64,000 nucleotides of DNA from Clostridia bacterium (GTDB lineage Bacteria; Bacillota; Clostridia; Oscillospirales; Acutalibacteraceae): contig JAUNIE010000001.1 of assembly GCA_030523605.1 (NCBI GenBank), forward strand, positions 8,632 to 72,631. Reading direction: 5' to 3'. Under the pieces are notes generated by a model. That model did not search any database and was not told the DNA's origin. It saw nothing but the letters and a program-made list of their open reading frames with translations. The position numbers were made by a program, and so were the translations under genes. Shown in pieces: positions 26,925 to 35,832 of the stretch; the stretch's first letter is position 1, and every line of letters begins with the position of its first letter.

Positions 26925-28520
26925 TTATTGTTCTTCACTCGGGCATTCGCCATAATGTTTTAAGTATGAAAGCATAGTTAAAACAAAATAATTGTCGTCC
27001 GATGGGGAGTTACCTGCAGGAGAACTTTCTGTATTCAGAAGGTTAGAGAAAAGATATGAAAATTCTGCTAAGTCTTCTTCCTTGCAAACCTTACAATTTT
27101 TTCGGTGTTTATTGCATATGAAATTACTGAATATATATATTACACTTTTGCTTATATTACCATCTATGAGTTCCGGTAAATCATCTTTAGAAATATTAAA
27201 TGGAGAATCTTCAGGTGGCAAAATATCGCCAAAAGCTGTACATAAAAACAACATCATGAGATTGCCGTTATTGTGTATACGGGCAGATTCTCTGTCATAA
27301 TATTCCTTGTCTTCCTTAAAGTATTTTAATTTCTTACAGACAATGGCATCACTAAAATTTGAAGGAGTTAAGGTGCCGTATTCAAGTGTGTCTGCACACA
27401 TTATTGCATATTTAAGCTTGGTTATAATTGCGAACCACGATTTTCTAAATTGGTTAATTTGAAATTTTCCAAGTTCACTACAATTTTCTTTCATATATTT
27501 ATAAGTTTCAGAGAACGAACTCTTTTTCTCAAAGCTTGGAAGGAATCCAAAGTTACAGCTATAAAGCAGTGTACGTGCATCTTCTGCTAATTTTTTTACA
27601 TAGTCTTTAATTTCGGTAACATTTTTGAATGTATCAGGTTGTAACGAATCGCTTACGCAGTCTGTAGCTGGGATGCTTTGCGCACAAAATAAATGCCGTA
27701 GATGATCTTGCGTCCAATATATCGGAGTAGCAGATGGGTCACCGCTTATACGTAATTTACGAGAAAGCAAATTACTACAACAGAATGACAGCTGGTGGCA
27801 GACATCTAGTGGTTTGTCGCCTTGGTTGATAGATGCACTCATGAAGTCATCAAGTTTAATGTCTTTTTCTAAAAATTTACCAAAAGACTCTTCAATGAAT
27901 AGTTTTGTAAAATGGAATGAAAGCAATAAGCTTTGTAAATGCGGTGTTATTGGTATTTTTATGTCAGATTCAGTATCGTATTTATCTCCAAATTTAATAG
28001 TGCTGAGTAATAGAATGCCTTCATCGCTTCTTAAAAAATTTGGAGTTATTTCAGAAAGATACTCAGGCAATTCAGGCAAAGGTTTTGTACGTGGTTTGTG
28101 CCATGGTGTTTCTGCTTCTAAATCTAAAGAATCGATAATTTGTAAAAAACGATTGACCACGCTATAAACTTTGGCGTCGAATTCTATGCGTTGTTTTACA
28201 TCCATAATATAAAGACGTGATTTATTTTCATCGAGAATGGTTAGAAGGTCATGTGCCAAAGTTTTTACTCTCAATTCTTCTATTGAGAGATATTGTGTTT
28301 CAGTGTATGGTTTTGATAAAAAATTGGGGTCGTGATACGCATCACGCATATTGGCAATCATATCAAGAACATATTTTGTGGTGGGGTTGGAAAATTTTTT
28401 TGAATATGTTCTTATGAAATCCGAGGTATTTGCAGATTTCATAGCTTTACTTTCAAAGCTGATTTGGGGTGCGATTATTAGGGCGGACAAGACTAAAGAT
28501 GTGATTTTTTGGATATTCAT
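26925..28520 (-). CDS. Secreted hypothetical protein (531 aa, Cys-rich C-terminal half)
   Basis: Signal peptide MNIQKITSLVLSALIIAPQISFESKA. No recognisable domain. Confidence 0.65.
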   Translation of the reverse strand: MNIQKITSLVLSALIIAPQISFESKAMKSANTSDFIRTYSKKFSNPTTKYVLDMIANMRDAYHDPNFLSKPYTETQYLSIEELRVKTLAHDLLTILDENKSRLYIMDVKQRIEFDAKVYSVVNRFLQIIDSLDLEAETPWHKPRTKPLPELPEYLSEITPNFLRSDEGILLLSTIKFGDKYDTESDIKIPITPHLQSLLLSFHFTKLFIEESFGKFLEKDIKLDDFMSASINQGDKPLDVCHQLSFCCSNLLSRKLRISGDPSATPIYWTQDHLRHLFCAQSIPATDCVSDSLQPDTFKNVTEIKDYVKKLAEDARTLLYSCNFGFLPSFEKKSSFSETYKYMKENCSELGKFQINQFRKSWFAIITKLKYAIMCADTLEYGTLTPSNFSDAIVCKKLKYFKEDKEYYDRESARIHNNGNLMMLFLCTAFGDILPPEDSPFNISKDDLPELIDGNISKSVIYIFSNFICNKHRKNCKVCKEEDLAEFSYLFSNLLNTESSPAGNSPSDDNYFVLTMLSYLKHYGECPSEEQ

Positions 28521-28680
28521 TTTTAAATTTCCTTTCCGTTTTTTAATTGTTACAATTTCTAATTTTAATATACACTCAATTAAATGTCAACACTTTTTTA
28601 TAAATAATTTTTTTAATGGACAAATTTGTTATTTTGTTTTATGATTGTATATGAAAATATTTCGGGGGTGCTTTGATTTT

Positions 28681-29316
28681 ATGGTAAAAGAAGTATATGC
28701 TTCTGAAGAAACTGTGGCTCTCGCCAAGCAAAAGGCTTGCAGTATGCTCGGAGCAGAAGAAAAAGACGTGGAATTTGAAGTGGTTCAAGAGCCTTCAAAA
28801 AAGCTTTTGGGGGTGTTTGGAGGCAAACCTGCGCAGGTTAGGGCAATTTTAAAGGAGTCTGTTGCTTCAAAAGCTCTGAAGATTTTAAAAGAAATACTTT
28901 ATTATATGAATTTAAATTCTCTTGAAGTTGAAATCGTTTCTGAAGAAGATGGAATTTGCAATTTGAAAGTAAGCGGTGACGAAGTAGGTTATATTGTGGG
29001 TAAACATGGCGAAACGCTCGATTCTTTGCAATATATTGTAAGTCTAATTGCAAACGACAAGAACAAATCTAAGGAGTTCTGCCGAATTCGAATTGAGGCG
29101 GGAGATTACCGTGAAAAAAGAAAAGCCACACTTGAAGCTTTGGCTGAGCGCATGGCGCACAGAGCGCTTACTTCGGGAAGAAAATTCAGTTTGGAGCCGA
29201 TGCGTGCGTATGAGCGTAAGATAATACATAGTGCAGTCGGTGAAATTGAGGGTGCGCACTCTTGGTCTGAGGGAGAAGGTCCAGAAAGACATATTGTTAT
29301 TGCGCCGGAAAACTAA
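28681..29316 (+). CDS. jag: Jag/KhpB RNA-binding protein (Jag_N-KH-R3H)
   Basis: MVKEVYASEETVALAKQKA..., GYIVGKHGETLDSLQYI (KH) and C-terminal ERKIIHSAV...SWSEGEGPERHIVI (R3H). Start at the ATG at 28681. Confidence 0.9.
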   Translation: MVKEVYASEETVALAKQKACSMLGAEEKDVEFEVVQEPSKKLLGVFGGKPAQVRAILKESVASKALKILKEILYYMNLNSLEVEIVSEEDGICNLKVSGDEVGYIVGKHGETLDSLQYIVSLIANDKNKSKEFCRIRIEAGDYREKRKATLEALAERMAHRALTSGRKFSLEPMRAYERKIIHSAVGEIEGAHSWSEGEGPERHIVIAPEN

Positions 29317-29344
29317 AATTGCATTATTGTTTTTATGATGTATA

Positions 29345-29373
29345 TTGACAAAAAAGCAGTAACATGTTACAAT
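29345..29373 (+). promoter_or_regulatory. Strong promoter upstream of mnmE
   Basis: TTGACA (29345-29350), 17-nt spacer, TGtTACAAT (the -10 is at 29368-29373). Leaves a ~200-nt leader. Confidence 0.65.
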
Positions 29374-29583
29374 ACGCTTATACAAAATTTAAAACATCAA
29401 GGAGAGCGCAAAACTTTTACTTGATTACGCAGAAAGCTGTGATTTAAAAAAGCTATCCAATTGCGTTTAAATCTAAATATAGAAATAGGTGTCACAATAG
29501 TATTCATTTGATTAGAAGCTTTGCTCCCTAAACTCAGGGGGCAATTATAATTTTTAGTGGATATTTTTGAGAGGTGTATTATA

Positions 29584-30954
29584 ATGTCAACAATAGCTGC
29601 GATTTCGACAGCTCAAGGAGTCGGTGGAATAGGAGTAATACGGATTTCGGGGGAAGATTCGTTTAAAATAGCCGATAAAATATTTGTGCCGTTTGTCGGT
29701 GAGAGAGGCAAATGCTTGCAAAATCTTGGTGGTTACCGTGCTAAATATGGTACTATTCTGCATGAAAATGAATTAATTGATGATGCGGTAGTTCTTGTTT
29801 TTCGTGCACCTCACAGTTATACGGGTGAGGACGTTGTTGAAATATCGTGCCACGGAGGACTTTATATTACTAAACGTGTTTTAAGGGCAGTATTAGAGGC
29901 AGGTGCTACGCTCGCCGAGCCTGGTGAGTTTACCAAAAGAGCGTTCTTAAACGGTAAAATGGATCTTTCACAAGCGGAAGCCGTTATGGATTTAATATCG
30001 GCTAAAAGCAGGCGTGCCAATCAGATAGCATTCGGCATGCGTGAGGGTAAATCTTCAAAGAAAATAGCCCAAATAAAAGAAGAACTGCTTGAAATTTCAG
30101 CTGGGCTTAGTGTTTGGGCGGATTATCCTGAAGAAGATATTCCACAAGTTGATGAAAACGTGTTGAAAAACGGTGTTCAAAAAATATGCGAACGGCTACA
30201 TGGTATGATAGATAATTATGATACGTTTAAATCGATAAAAGAAGGGGTCAAAACGGCAATTGTAGGCCGTCCTAACGTCGGGAAATCAACGCTCATGAAC
30301 TTTCTCTCCGACTCACAAAAATCTATTGTTACGGATATTCCTGGTACGACAAGAGATGCCATTGAAGAAACTGTTATGATTGGTGATATACCCGTGCTTT
30401 TAATCGACACAGCGGGAATACGTGAGACATCGGATAAGGTGGAAAAAATAGGCGTAGAAAAGGCGAAAAAACAGATTAATGAATCCGAAATAACGCTTTT
30501 TATGATAGATGCCTCTTCCCCACTTTGTGAAGACGACAGAGAGCTTTTAAAGAGTCTTGACGCATCAAAAACAGTAATACTTTTAAATAAATGTGATTTA
30601 GGCATGCAGATAGACGCTCGGGAATTATCAACATTTGAAAATAGAATTGTTGAATTATCAGCTCTAAAAGGGCAAGGAATAGAAAAACTAAAGGAAATTA
30701 TAGAAAACATTATAGGCTTTTCGAATTTTGACCCGTCTGATGCCGTTATTTCAAATGAAAGGCAACTAATGGCACTTAAAAAAGCTACAGAAATACTTGA
30801 GGACATCATTAATCAACTGAACTTAGGTATCACTCTTGATGCCGTTACGGTTTTAATGCAAGACGCACTTTCGATATTTATGGAGTTCACAGGCGAAAAT
30901 GTCAGCGAAGCCGTAGTAAATAAAGTGTTTTCAAAGTTTTGTGTTGGAAAGTAG
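29584..30954 (+). CDS. mnmE: tRNA modification GTPase MnmE (TrmE)
   Basis: MSTIAAISTAQGVGGIGVIRISG, G1 motif GRPNVGKST, DTAGIR, and C-terminal FCVGK. Confidence 0.95.
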   Translation: MSTIAAISTAQGVGGIGVIRISGEDSFKIADKIFVPFVGERGKCLQNLGGYRAKYGTILHENELIDDAVVLVFRAPHSYTGEDVVEISCHGGLYITKRVLRAVLEAGATLAEPGEFTKRAFLNGKMDLSQAEAVMDLISAKSRRANQIAFGMREGKSSKKIAQIKEELLEISAGLSVWADYPEEDIPQVDENVLKNGVQKICERLHGMIDNYDTFKSIKEGVKTAIVGRPNVGKSTLMNFLSDSQKSIVTDIPGTTRDAIEETVMIGDIPVLLIDTAGIRETSDKVEKIGVEKAKKQINESEITLFMIDASSPLCEDDRELLKSLDASKTVILLNKCDLGMQIDARELSTFENRIVELSALKGQGIEKLKEIIENIIGFSNFDPSDAVISNERQLMALKKATEILEDIINQLNLGITLDAVTVLMQDALSIFMEFTGENVSEAVVNKVFSKFCVGK

Positions 30955-30980
30955 TAAATTTTTACAAAGGAGAAAAAATC

Positions 30981-32897
30981 TTGAATACTGAAGATGAGAT
31001 AATAAATAAAACTAATTATAATGAAGACTATGAAGTAAGCGTAATTGGCGCAGGACATGCGGGAATTGAGGCGGGACTTGCGGCGGCAAGGCTTGGTTGT
31101 AAAACCGTAGTTTTTGCAGTTAATTTAGATTCAGTCGGAAACTGTCCGTGTAATCCGTCCATCGGTGGAACAGCAAAAGGTCATTTGGTGCGTGAAATAG
31201 ACGCTTTAGGCGGCGAAATGGGTAGAACTACCGATGAATGCTTTTTGCAAAGTAGAATGCTTAATCTCGGTAAGGGCCCTGCCGTGCATTCTTTGAGGGC
31301 GCAAATTGACCGCAATAAATACAAAGAAATTATGAAACATAAGCTTGAGCTTCAAGAAAATTTATCTTTGAAACAGGCAGAAATAATTGACATTTTCCGT
31401 GACAAAACTAATGAAAAATGGGTGCTCACATCAAGAAACGGCATAAAATATGCTTCAAAGTGTGTTGTATTAGCTACGGGTACGTTTTTGGAGGGTGTTG
31501 TACATATAGGAGAAACATCGTATCAAAGCGGGCCTGATGGTATTTTCCCCGCAGTTTTGCTCGGTGAATCACTCAAAAAATTAGGTCTTAAATTAAAAAG
31601 ATTTAAAACAGGAACTCCGGCAAGAGTGCTGCGCTCAAGTATTAATTTTGAAAATCTTGAAGAGCAGTGCGGTGATGAGAATATAGTACCGTTTTCATAC
31701 GATACCGAAAACGTTGGTGAAAATAAAGTTAAGTGCTATATTTCGTGGACGAACGACAAGACTAAGGAAGTAATTTTGAAAAATATTCACCGTGCACCGA
31801 TGTATAGCGGTAAGATTGAAGGCGTGGGACCTCGTTATTGCCCGAGCATTGAGGATAAAATCGTAAGATTTCCCGAGAAAAAGCGTCATCAAATGTTTAT
31901 AGAACCATGCGGATTAAACACAGAAGAAATGTATCTGCAAGGAATGTCTACTTCCCTACCCGAAGAAGTTCAGATAGAAATGTATAGAACCATACCGGGG
32001 CTTGAAAACGTAAAAATAATGCGTGCGGCGTATGCGATAGAATACGATATTGCCGACCCACAACAAATGAATTCAACGCTTGAATTTAAGGAGTATTCCG
32101 GGCTTTTCGGAGCGGGGCAATTTAATGGAAGTTCGGGCTATGAAGAGGCGGCAGCACAAGGATTAATTGCAGGAATAAATGCGGCGCTTAAAGTAAAAAA
32201 TAGAGAACAGCTCATTTTAGATAGGGGCACATCGTACATCGGAACGCTGATAGATGACTTGGTGACAAAAGGCGTAAATGACCCATACAGAATGATGACA
32301 TCGAGATCTGAATATCGATTAGTGCTAAGGCAAGATAATGCGGACGAAAGATTGACTCCGATTGGACGCAAAATAGGGCTTATAAGTGATGAGAGATATG
32401 AAAAGTTTACTAAATACTTAAGTTTAAAGTGCGAGGAAAAACAGAGAGTAAAAAATGTCGTAATTGCGCCGAGTGAAGAGTTAAATCAAGTGCTTGTTTC
32501 ACGTGAAACATCGCCTATAATAACGGGTGTAAAAATGAGTGATTTACTAAAACGTCCACAAGTAACATATAAAGATTTAGAAGCGTTTGATAAAACCAGA
32601 CCTAATATTGATAAATCGATTTTTGAAAAAGTTGAAGTGGAAATTAAGTATGAAGGCTATATAGCACGTCAGAATAATCAAATTAAAGAGCTTAGACGTC
32701 TTGAAGAAAAACTTATACCAAATGATATTGACTATAAGCAAATAAAAGGATTGCGGTTAGAGGCGATTGAAAAATTAGGTAAAATTAAACCTCAAAATAT
32801 TGGACAGGCGTCACGTATTTCAGGAGTTAGCCCTGCGGATATTTCTGTTTTAATAATTTGGTTGTCGGCAAAAACACGTAAAAAAGAAGGGTGCTAA
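30981..32897 (+). CDS. mnmG: tRNA uridine 5-carboxymethylaminomethyl modification enzyme MnmG (GidA)
   Basis: VIGAGHAGIEAGLAAARLG, GPRYCPSIEDK and TSRSEYRL. TTG start at 30981 after AAGGAG. Confidence 0.95.
   Translation: MNTEDEIINKTNYNEDYEVSVIGAGHAGIEAGLAAARLGCKTVVFAVNLDSVGNCPCNPSIGGTAKGHLVREIDALGGEMGRTTDECFLQSRMLNLGKGPAVHSLRAQIDRNKYKEIMKHKLELQENLSLKQAEIIDIFRDKTNEKWVLTSRNGIKYASKCVVLATGTFLEGVVHIGETSYQSGPDGIFPAVLLGESLKKLGLKLKRFKTGTPARVLRSSINFENLEEQCGDENIVPFSYDTENVGENKVKCYISWTNDKTKEVILKNIHRAPMYSGKIEGVGPRYCPSIEDKIVRFPEKKRHQMFIEPCGLNTEEMYLQGMSTSLPEEVQIEMYRTIPGLENVKIMRAAYAIEYDIADPQQMNSTLEFKEYSGLFGAGQFNGSSGYEEAAAQGLIAGINAALKVKNREQLILDRGTSYIGTLIDDLVTKGVNDPYRMMTSRSEYRLVLRQDNADERLTPIGRKIGLISDERYEKFTKYLSLKCEEKQRVKNVVIAPSEELNQVLVSRETSPIITGVKMSDLLKRPQVTYKDLEAFDKTRPNIDKSIFEKVEVEIKYEGYIARQNNQIKELRRLEEKLIPNDIDYKQIKGLRLEAIEKLGKIKPQNIGQASRISGVSPADISVLIIWLSAKTRKKEGC
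32495..32510. promoter_or_regulatory. parS centromere-like site (perfect palindrome) inside mnmG
   Basis: TGTTTCACGTGAAACA, exact match to TGTTNCACGTGAAACA. Confidence 0.85.
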
Positions 32898-32901
32898 ATT
32901 T

Positions 32902-33609
32902 ATGATGGATTTGTTGTTTAGAGAAGCCGAAAAAAATGGATTGGTTTTAAATGATGACCAATTGGAAAAATTTCAAAAGTATATGGATTTTTTGCTCGAA
33001 TACAATTTGCATACCAATTTAACGGCAATAACGGATTCAGATGATGTGATGATAAAGCATTTTTTTGATAGTATTATAATAAATAAGTTCTTAGATATTC
33101 GAAAAAATGCAAAAGTTGTGGACATAGGTACAGGCGCCGGATTTCCAGGAGTGCCGATGAAAATATTTCGTGAAGATATAGAACTTACTTTAATTGATAG
33201 TTTGAATAAAAGAGTCGTTTTTTTAAATCAGCTTATGGAAAAACTTTCGCTTAGTGCAAATATTTTTCACGCAAGGGCGGAAGAACTCGGCCATAAAAAA
33301 GAGTACCGTGAAGTGTATGATTTGGCAGTTTCCAGGGCCGTTGCGCCGCTTAATATACTGTGTGAATTATCTCTACCTTACGTGAAAAAAGGCGGATATT
33401 TCGTTTCATTAAAAGGTTCAAATGCTCAGGAAGAAATCAATAAATCTAAAAAAGCAATAGAGATTTTAGGCGGTAAATTAGAAATTGTTAAAACCTTGGA
33501 ATTGCCTGAAAATAAAGGTTTACGAAACATCTTAATAATTAAAAAAGTATCAAATACACCAATAAAATATCCTAGAAATAATTCTCAAATTTCGAAGTCT
33601 CCCCTCTAA
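32902..33609 (+). CDS. rsmG: 16S rRNA (guanine527-N7)-methyltransferase RsmG (GidB)
   Basis: NLTAITDSDDVMIKHFFDS and DIGTGAGFPGVPMKI. Confidence 0.93.
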   Translation: MMDLLFREAEKNGLVLNDDQLEKFQKYMDFLLEYNLHTNLTAITDSDDVMIKHFFDSIIINKFLDIRKNAKVVDIGTGAGFPGVPMKIFREDIELTLIDSLNKRVVFLNQLMEKLSLSANIFHARAEELGHKKEYREVYDLAVSRAVAPLNILCELSLPYVKKGGYFVSLKGSNAQEEINKSKKAIEILGGKLEIVKTLELPENKGLRNILIIKKVSNTPIKYPRNNSQISKSPL

Positions 33610-33625
33610 TGTTTCACGTGAAACA
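33610..33625. promoter_or_regulatory. parS site immediately after the rsmG stop codon
   Basis: TGTTTCACGTGAAACA at 33610-33625. Confidence 0.85.
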
Positions 33626-33695
33626 TATTAAAAAACATTTTCTTTTTTTGAATGTCGTGGTATAATGAAATGGAGATTATATTTAAGGAGGATTT

Positions 33696-34469
33696 ATGGG
33701 CAGAATAATATCAATTTCTAACCAAAAGGGTGGCGTTGGAAAAACTACAACAGCGGTAAATCTTTCATCTGCACTGGGTATTTTGAATAAAAAAGTGCTG
33801 TTAATTGATTTTGACCCTCAAGGTAACACAACAAGCGGCTTGGGATTTAATAAGAGAGAAGTCAAATTATCTTCTTATGATTTGCTTGAGAAAGAATCAA
33901 AACCTGAAGAAGTTATAATCCATACTGAGTTTAAAAATTTAGATTTAATACCGTCGCATATCAATTTAGCGGCGGCGGATTCGGGGATTAGTTTGTTTTC
34001 GGGTAAAGAATCAAGACTTAAAAGCAAAATTGAGCATTTAAAAAATGTTTACGATTACATAATAATTGATTGTCCCCCGTCGCTTGGAATTATAACTATA
34101 AACGCATTTTGTGCCAGCGATGGTGTGTTGGTGCCAATTCAGTGCGAATTCTACGCTTTGGAAGGCTTGTCGCAACTCGTTAATACCATAAAAGTTGTAA
34201 AGCGGCATCATAATCCTAATTTGGAAATCGAAGGTATTTTGATGACCATGTGTGATATGCGATTAAAATTGACGCATCAGGTTATGGATGAAGTAAAAAA
34301 GAGCTTTCCCGATAAAGTCTTCAAGACGAATATTCCACGCACTGTAAAGCTTTCTGAGGCGCCAGGATTTGGTAAGCCTATTGCGTACTTTGCGAGGTTC
34401 AATCCGGGCACGTGGGCATACAAAGGCTTGGCTAAAGAAATTATCAACAATGATAATAAAAGGAGTTGA
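33696..34469 (+). CDS. parA: Chromosome partitioning ATPase ParA/Soj
   Basis: Deviant Walker A NQKGGVGKTTT; DCPPSLG. Confidence 0.94.
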   Translation: MGRIISISNQKGGVGKTTTAVNLSSALGILNKKVLLIDFDPQGNTTSGLGFNKREVKLSSYDLLEKESKPEEVIIHTEFKNLDLIPSHINLAAADSGISLFSGKESRLKSKIEHLKNVYDYIIIDCPPSLGIITINAFCASDGVLVPIQCEFYALEGLSQLVNTIKVVKRHHNPNLEIEGILMTMCDMRLKLTHQVMDEVKKSFPDKVFKTNIPRTVKLSEAPGFGKPIAYFARFNPGTWAYKGLAKEIINNDNKRS

Positions 34470-35335
34470 AAATATTGTCTGAAAAATTAAGTGGACTTGG
34501 TAAGGGTTTAGATTTAATTTTTATGGAGAATAATATGGAAAGCGAAAACACTCCCATAACGTTAAATTTAAATGAATTAGAAGCAAATACAAACCAACCG
34601 AGAACTGAATTTAATGATGAAGCGCTTAGAGAATTAGCGGATTCAATAGCAAAGCACGGGATTATACAACCTATCGTAGTTAAACCGCTTTCCTCAGGAA
34701 AGTATAGAATAATTGCCGGAGAGCGGCGCTACCGAGCCTCTAAGATGGCAGGACTTAAAGAAGTACCGGTAATTATTAAGGATATTTCGGAATCTCAAAT
34801 AATGGAATTAGCTTTAGTGGAAAACTTACAGCGTGAAGATTTGAGCGCATTGGAAGAAGCTAAAGGATATAAGTCATTAATGGACAATTATGGTATGACA
34901 CAAGCCGAAGTGGCTGAAACAGTTGGTAAATCGAGGCCGTATGTTGCAAACACAATAAGATTATTAAATTTGCCGCAATCGGTAGTAGAAAAGTTGGAAA
35001 TTGGAGAAATTACGGCAGGACACGCCCGAGCAATGCTTGCACTTTCAAATGATGATGATATTGAAAGAGTATTAAAGATTACAATTTCACAAGGGTTAAA
35101 TGTGCGCCAATTAGAGCAGTTAATTAAAAAAATGACTTTTAAAGAAATAGAAAAGCCAAAGTCATTTAAGAGTATAAAATCCGATGTCTTCTATAAAAAA
35201 ATCGAATCAGATCTTCAAAAAAGGTTAAAGCACAAAGTTAAAATTATTTCCGGAAAGCGTAAAAAAGGAACAGTTCAGATAGAATTTTTGGGAGAAGAAG
35301 ATCTTTCAAATATTTATCAGATGCTTCTTGGGTAA
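34466..35335 (+). CDS. parB: Chromosome partitioning protein ParB/Spo0J
   Basis: GLGKGLDLIF, IQPIVVKP...YRIIAGERRYRA, and an HTH region. Confidence 0.94.
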   Translation: MKILSEKLSGLGKGLDLIFMENNMESENTPITLNLNELEANTNQPRTEFNDEALRELADSIAKHGIIQPIVVKPLSSGKYRIIAGERRYRASKMAGLKEVPVIIKDISESQIMELALVENLQREDLSALEEAKGYKSLMDNYGMTQAEVAETVGKSRPYVANTIRLLNLPQSVVEKLEIGEITAGHARAMLALSNDDDIERVLKITISQGLNVRQLEQLIKKMTFKEIEKPKSFKSIKSDVFYKKIESDLQKRLKHKVKIISGKRKKGTVQIEFLGEEDLSNIYQMLLG

Positions 35336-35348
35336 GGGGTGTTTGGTA

Positions 35349-35828
35349 GTGGAAAATTTAAAAAAATTAGCGCTGATAGTGATACTTATTTCGATTACCG
35401 GATGGATTGTGTTTAATCCGTATATTTACTGTGCAAATTCCGAATCCATACAAAACATTTGTTTTTTGATGAATGATTTTTGCAAGAATATTAGTTTGAA
35501 CTATCATTTTTCAAATAAAGATGTGTTCAGTTTGTTGCGCTTTTTGGAATACTCTATTTTGGGTATTACATCAGCGGTTTTGTATAGGAAATATTTTAAC
35601 AAAATCTGGGCGAATATAACAAATTTATTATTTTTTGGATTAATAGTTCCTGTGGTTGAGGTATTATACAGAAGTAATGCAGATTCCGTGTTTTCGGCAC
35701 AAGATATTTTGATTTCATTTTTTGAATTCTGTTTGGGTGCCTTTATAATACTAATTTGTTGTGTGCCCAAGAATAAAAGGATGTTTTCATCCAGATATAA
35801 GAAAAATAGATACACCGGGAGGGGTTAA
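35349..35828 (+). CDS. Hypothetical polytopic membrane protein (possibly VanZ-like)
   Basis: Four hydrophobic segments. Start is GTG at 35349 or TTG at 35328. The family assignment is weak. Confidence 0.5.
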   Translation: MENLKKLALIVILISITGWIVFNPYIYCANSESIQNICFLMNDFCKNISLNYHFSNKDVFSLLRFLEYSILGITSAVLYRKYFNKIWANITNLLFFGLIVPVVEVLYRSNADSVFSAQDILISFFEFCLGAFIILICCVPKNKRMFSSRYKKNRYTGRG

Positions 35829-35832
35829 AGTA

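Larger units (their letters stand above)
25557..27638. repeat. Direct tandem duplication, 2 x 1041 bp (unit A 25557-26597, unit B 26598-27638)
   Basis: Offset of exactly 1041. Identical translations of three ORF pairs. I found four substitutions, all at 26554-26580 versus 27595-27621. Confidence 0.9.

Noticed and set aside
17981-28520. Calling the accessory blocks a genomic island, prophage or mobile element
   Set aside because: No integrase, transposase, recombinase, tRNA attachment site or flanking direct or inverted repeats could be found by eye. Only the composition and orientation arguments remain, and these are reported as findings.
30216-30809. 197-aa minus-strand ORF inside mnmE
   Set aside because: Antisense to a well-conserved GTPase; a Ser-rich shadow frame.
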